Shown here piece by piece: positions 59,271 through 64,000 of a stretch of DNA of 64,000 nt (position 1 is its first letter; each line of letters opens with the position of its first letter). Location: assembly GCF_011386835.1 (NCBI RefSeq), contig NC_088802.1:56978001-57042000 (forward strand). Direction: 5' to 3'. The notes beneath the pieces are model-generated. The model was not told the DNA's origin and made no database searches. It saw nothing but the letters and a program-made list of their open reading frames with translations. Source of the stretch: Chrysemys picta bellii (taxonomy: Eukaryota). The translations under genes and the position numbers were made by a program.

Positions 59271-62200
59271 ACAAGAGGCGTCACCCCGAATTGCTCAGGG
59301 GCGACCCAGACCAGTAGCAGTCCAGGGGAGCACAGAGAGAAGTTAATGGCCAAGGAGTGGCAGGAAAGCCCCCAGCTCTGGCTGTATGGGTCGGAGAGGC
59401 AGGATTCCTTTCCCCCCTTGTTCCAGGGGCCATGTATGTCCTAGGCTGGCAACAGCACTAGCCCCTGAGACAGGTGCCATTCATCTCAGAGACGTTAACT
59501 CTGAACCCTAATGATGGGGATTAAAAGATAACTTTGTTAACTGTTTCCCTGCTGATCATTGTGACAAACGCCCACATGCCCTGGGCTAGCACACCAATAG
59601 GTATGTAGTACCCCATCCTGCCAGTCCTGGCTCATGGCTGCACCATCCCCTTGGCCGCAGGACCTTGCTGTGCTCCAGCGGCTGTATCTCGCTGCCTTCC
59701 CATCCCTTAATGCTGAGTGGCTGCATTGCCATCACCTGCAGACAGCCCCAACCCGTGACCCCACATACTTGTACCACGTCCCCACCCGACACCCCCTGCC
59801 TCACTCTGGAATCACTTCCAAGCAGCAAGTCACCCAAGAGCAGCAACACTTGAGTCTAATTAATGCTAATGGCAGCCGCTGGCTGTGCTCAGGAAACAGC
59901 TCAGCAGGGCCAGGGAGCCACTGGGAGAGGAGAGGCAGCGTCCAAAATGTTTGTGTGCAGAGCTTTGGCTCCCCTCCCCTAGGCGCCTCCAGGGCACCAA
60001 GGGCAGCTACTCCCCCAACCTCTCGCTCTCCCTGTAATTCTTGGGCTAAGTGGATCAGAGCAGTGGCCAGAACGTCCCTCCTTGGCGAGACGCAGGGGAT
60101 CAGTGGTGCTGCGCCACTTAGCTGGTGTTAATAATCAGGACAAAGGTGCTGGAGATCTAGCGCCTCCAGAAGAGGTGGGGCAAGGCCTGGAACAGAAAAT
60201 GGCTCTTGCCTCTGCTGCCCGCCCTCCCCCCTCCCCGCAAGATCTGGCGGGTCCCAGATCCAGGGGGGCGGCCAGAATGGAACAAAAGATGGTTTCTCTG
60301 GCCCGTGGCCTGTCCCCATTAGTGGGGAGGGAGGGAGGGAGGAAGTGGCCCTTGTGAAACCAGACTGTGCAGCATGCCAGAGAAATGCTGCAGGTCACAT
60401 GCAGCGTTGACCCCTGTGATGGCTGGGAGGGACTCCAGCACCTTCCTGATGTCTGTGAGTTGAGAGGGAAAGTGTTTAACAATGCACCTCATGGGGCAAA
60501 CTGGACGGGGGGTGGGGGAGAGGTTTCCTCCTGATCCCAACTGGTTGGCAGCTTAGACTCTGGGCCATGTCGATCCAGAGCTGTTTATCCTGGCTGGTGT
60601 TACTGCAAATATTTAGTCATCCTACTGTCTAATCTGATTTGAAACTCACTGAGCTCTTTCACTTACCGGTACCCTGCAGCAGTGAGTGACATGGGTTAAT
60701 GATACATTGTGTAACAAAACAAAACCCATCCTGGGGTTTGATGCTGTGTCTTTAAAGGTTAAGAAGCACGATCCAGTGCCTCTGCTGGTGCGGGCGGCTT
60801 TGTGGTGGGCAGGAGCTGGCCGCATCCTTGCCCTGTGTCACGGGTCATGCAGGAGACAGCTGAAACGGCAGGGACTGACAAGCGCTCCCTGGCCTTTGGC
60901 TCGGTGCTGCTTGTTTTCTTTCTGCATTTCTCCCAGATGGAGAAAGGGAACCAGTGCTCTGCTTGGCAACCACTCCCAGAGCCAGTTCTCTGCTCTCGGG
61001 CCCTACTGAATGGTGCAACGCGTCAGGGCAAAGAAGGAGTTTTTCCTTGTTGAATGGAGCTATTTTGATTGGTCTGGGGCGCCATAAAAGGTTGGTGGTG
61101 ACGGGACGGCTCTCTGTGAAGCGCCACCTTGCTTTAGTATTACGGGATGGTGCAAATAGCAGCATCTCCCTCCAGAACCCTCTTCTCTTCCTCTCCTTTC
61201 CATGTGAACTAGCCCCTGTCTCCAGTACTCCCCTCCCCCCATGTTGTGTGGCCCTTCTCTGCACTCCCTAGTTCTCTGTCCTTTTGGAGATGCACCCACC
61301 AGAGCGGATCATGGTGTCGCTGGTATCACAAGCTCCCCCTGGGCCGGGAGAAAGGCCACGGCACTGACCATCCATCTTATTCTCTAGCCCCTTCTCTTGG
61401 TCCCCATTTCAACTGCACGTTGATCAGCCGGCTTCCTGCAGTGACGTCAGACCTTTGGTTTTACATCTGTGACCTGAGCAGCCGAACTGTCCCTCACCAT
61501 GGGTGTGACCATGGCTTTCCCCTGCTGGGCGCCCTCTGCCATCTTATTGCCTAGGGACCTCCTTTTCTTGACTGGCCACAATGATTGTGTGTCATTGGCG
61601 TGTCCCCGGGCAGAGGCTGGTGCCCACGCGTCTCTCTGCAATCCTGTGACTGCTGCCCGGGCCCCAGGCGCCTCCAGGAAGGGGCTTTTCCAATGACTTT
61701 GCTTTTGATGCGCGATGTAATGGGAACAGTTTGTGCAGGGTCCCACCCACATGAGGGGAATGGCCAGTCAGGGCCTGCCCTGAGCTTGCATAGAACTCTG
61801 GGGAAACGCTAGTGGAGATGGGCCAAACCCGGGAGAACTTGGTGTCAATCCGACATTCTCAAACAGGGCTGGAAACAGCCAGTGGTTACCCCGCTTTTCA
61901 CACCAGCATGGGGGGAACCGGGATGACTTTAGAACCTGGGTGAAAGCTCTTGGATTATTCCTTCAGGTGAATCTGACCTGGTGGGGTCACCCCTGACCCT
62001 GGAGTGGAGGCCCAAGCCCCGTTCTTGTGGGCCGCATAGCAGCACCCCTGCGAGTGCCCTTTGTGACTCTGTTCTGAACTAGGCTGTGTCAACAGAGTGT
62101 TTTTAAAGCTTTTGTTTAACCAGGTCCTTTGAGTCCATGACCTTGTTGGCCAGGCAGCTGCATGTGCATCTGTGAAGCCCGTGCAGAGAGTTCACCTTTG

Positions 62201-63232
62201 CTCTCTCTGGTCCTGACATGTCACTTCCTGAGCGAGGGGCTTCTTCAGAGCTGAGCCCAAGCTCTGGGGGAGGAGGGGGACACAGGCAGGGCTTCGGCTT
62301 ACAGATCATTGCCCCCACGTAGTTTCCTTTCTGCCCTGCTGTTCTGTAGCCAGTGCTAGGGGTTGGGTGTTTGCTTGTGCCCAGCCTGGGGCCTATCCTG
62401 CCCCGTGCATGTGCCCTACTGCTCTCACCCAGGTTCAGCACAGCCCCTGCAACTCCTTCTGCTTCATCTGTGTGTATGCAGGAAAATGTGAGCGCCTGCA
62501 GTCTCCCCGTGGCCGTGTTGGTGCTGCCCCAGCTGGGAGCTCTCCCCACAATCTCCTCCCCGAAACTGGCACTGCCCTGCTAAATTCAGTATTCTGGGTT
62601 CCGTTGCCGAGAGAGAGAAAAATAGACTGAGCAGGGAAGAGACAAAACGTGGATTAAAAATACATAACAAGAAACCTGTAACCTGCAAACTTCAGCCAGC
62701 AGCACGAGGGTGAGAGCACACAGCCCTCGAGTCCTGTCCCCCAGACGGGTTGTGACCTGAGCCTTGGGGGAGATCAGGCCCAGTCCAGCATGGGTGTTGC
62801 TACATATCGGGTCCCACAAGCCACGTACCAGCTTCTCCCCTCCTCCCCTCCCGGCTGATCCTGGCCCCATTCTGCCCTGATGCTCTGTGCACTGAGCCTC
62901 TCAGCTCCCCTGTCATGGCTGCGAAGGCCTGCACGCTCTGGGCTCCATCTCAGTACAAGGCCCAGCGTTCGGAGAGCCAGGCTGTAACTGACGGCTGTGT
63001 GCAATAGCCAGCATGCACCCAGCTGTGTCTGCTTCTGAGATCCACATGGGTGAGGCAGGAAGGAGCCATCCTATCTGGGGAAGCGTCTCCCCTCGCGATT
63101 CCTGTGCCGCCAGGGCTGCCGTGGGCCCTGTGAGCAGCATCTGGCTCTGGTGGTCTCATTCCCTCGCTCCCTGCTGGGACATGGGCATTTGTGCTTCAGG
63201 GAAGGGGGATGATCCCCTACACTGTGACTGAC

Positions 63233-64000
63233 TGTGACGAACTGGGACTGTTCTTGCTGGGGTGTGTGAATGCTGACAGGGGAGTGTGACTAGGATGGTC
63301 TGCATCGGGGGATGGGAGCCGGCCCAAGGGAACATACCTGAGCTTGTAACATGAGAACCCAGGAGGGGGTTGGAGGTCAGATGACTCCGGGGCCCGGGAA
63401 ACTGAACAAAGGCTGTGGGAGGGGTCGCTGAAGGCAGAGTGCTGGAAGCAGGCTGGAAGGAGGCTGGAGAGATGGCTGGGAGGCAGAGATGGCTCTGACC
63501 CCCCAAAGGGGGGGGCTGGGATGCCCTGGGACCCCAAGCTGGACCTAACTGAGGGGGGCCCTGTTGTCTGTGCCTGCAAGACCTGTCTTGGACTGTGTTC
63601 CTGTCATCCAAATAAACCTTCTGCTTTACTGGCTGGCTGAGAGTCATGGTGAATCGCAGGAAGCCGGGGGTGCAGGGCCCTGAGTTCCCCAATACTCCGT
63701 GACAACTGGTGGCAGCGGTGGGATCTACTGCACCCCGTGGACGGCGCTTCCTGCAGTAAGTGACTGGGGAGCAGTAAAACGAAGGGGGATTGACGGGGAC
63801 CAGGCCTGCTGAAGAGTGGGAGAGAGACGGTTATTACCCCTGGGAGTGTGTGACCAGCGAGAAGGACTTTTGCAGTAACAGGGTCCCCCGTGGGATCACA
63901 GCGAGTGGTCCCAGGGGCGGAGGAGTCTGCAGCTCGACCCTGGCAGAGAGGTGGTGACCTCGAGAAGGGCTGGCACACTAGGGGGCCCCCTGCAAACTGT
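63233..64000 (+). mobile_element. LTR retrotransposon 5' end (LTR 63233-63704, PBS 63707-63724), continues beyond the window
   Basis: LTR bounded by tgtgacg...cgtgaca (TG..CA, inverted ends) with AATAAA at about 63611. Followed by TGGTGGCAGCGGTGGGAT, complementary to the 3' end of tRNA-Leu(AAG/UAG). Confidence 0.85.

Noticed and set aside
59480-59880. AT-richer patch with HNF1/homeobox-like TAAT motifs as a GCGR enhancer
   Set aside because: Short degenerate motifs are expected by chance and there is no conservation evidence available.
58725-64000. GCGR coding exons
   Set aside because: No class B GPCR signal peptide or extracellular-domain peptide was recognised in any frame, so the coding part is probably beyond the window.

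Overview
Vertebrate genomic DNA, most likely a turtle (inferred from the CR1 and MITE families, recalled rather than searched). It is syntenic with human 17q25.3. Five genes could be assembled exon by exon with consistent splice phases: ARL16 (-, 5 exons, 173 aa), HGS (+, 21 coding exons, 759 aa), a METTL26-family gene (-, 6 exons, 207 aa), MRPL12 (+, 5 exons, 198 aa) and SLC25A10 (+, 11 exons, 286 aa). A CpG-rich probable first exon near 58.7 kb is the expected GCGR start by synteny only. The most interesting feature is an unrecognised multi-exon gene at about 627-10010 (+). Its last exon carries both zinc-dependent deaminase signatures in reversed order (PCEKC before GNCAE), suggesting a circularly permuted deaminase-like protein. 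Other points: an AT-AC (U12) intron in ARL16, a GC-AG intron in HGS, a poly(A)-tailed UCHL1 retrocopy inside MRPL12, a triple-nested transposon, a decayed hammerhead-like motif, an LTR with a tRNA-Leu primer site and several GC-rich minisatellites. Most long ORFs in the six-frame track are artefacts of GC-rich repeats. All coordinates were counted by hand and no database searches were run.
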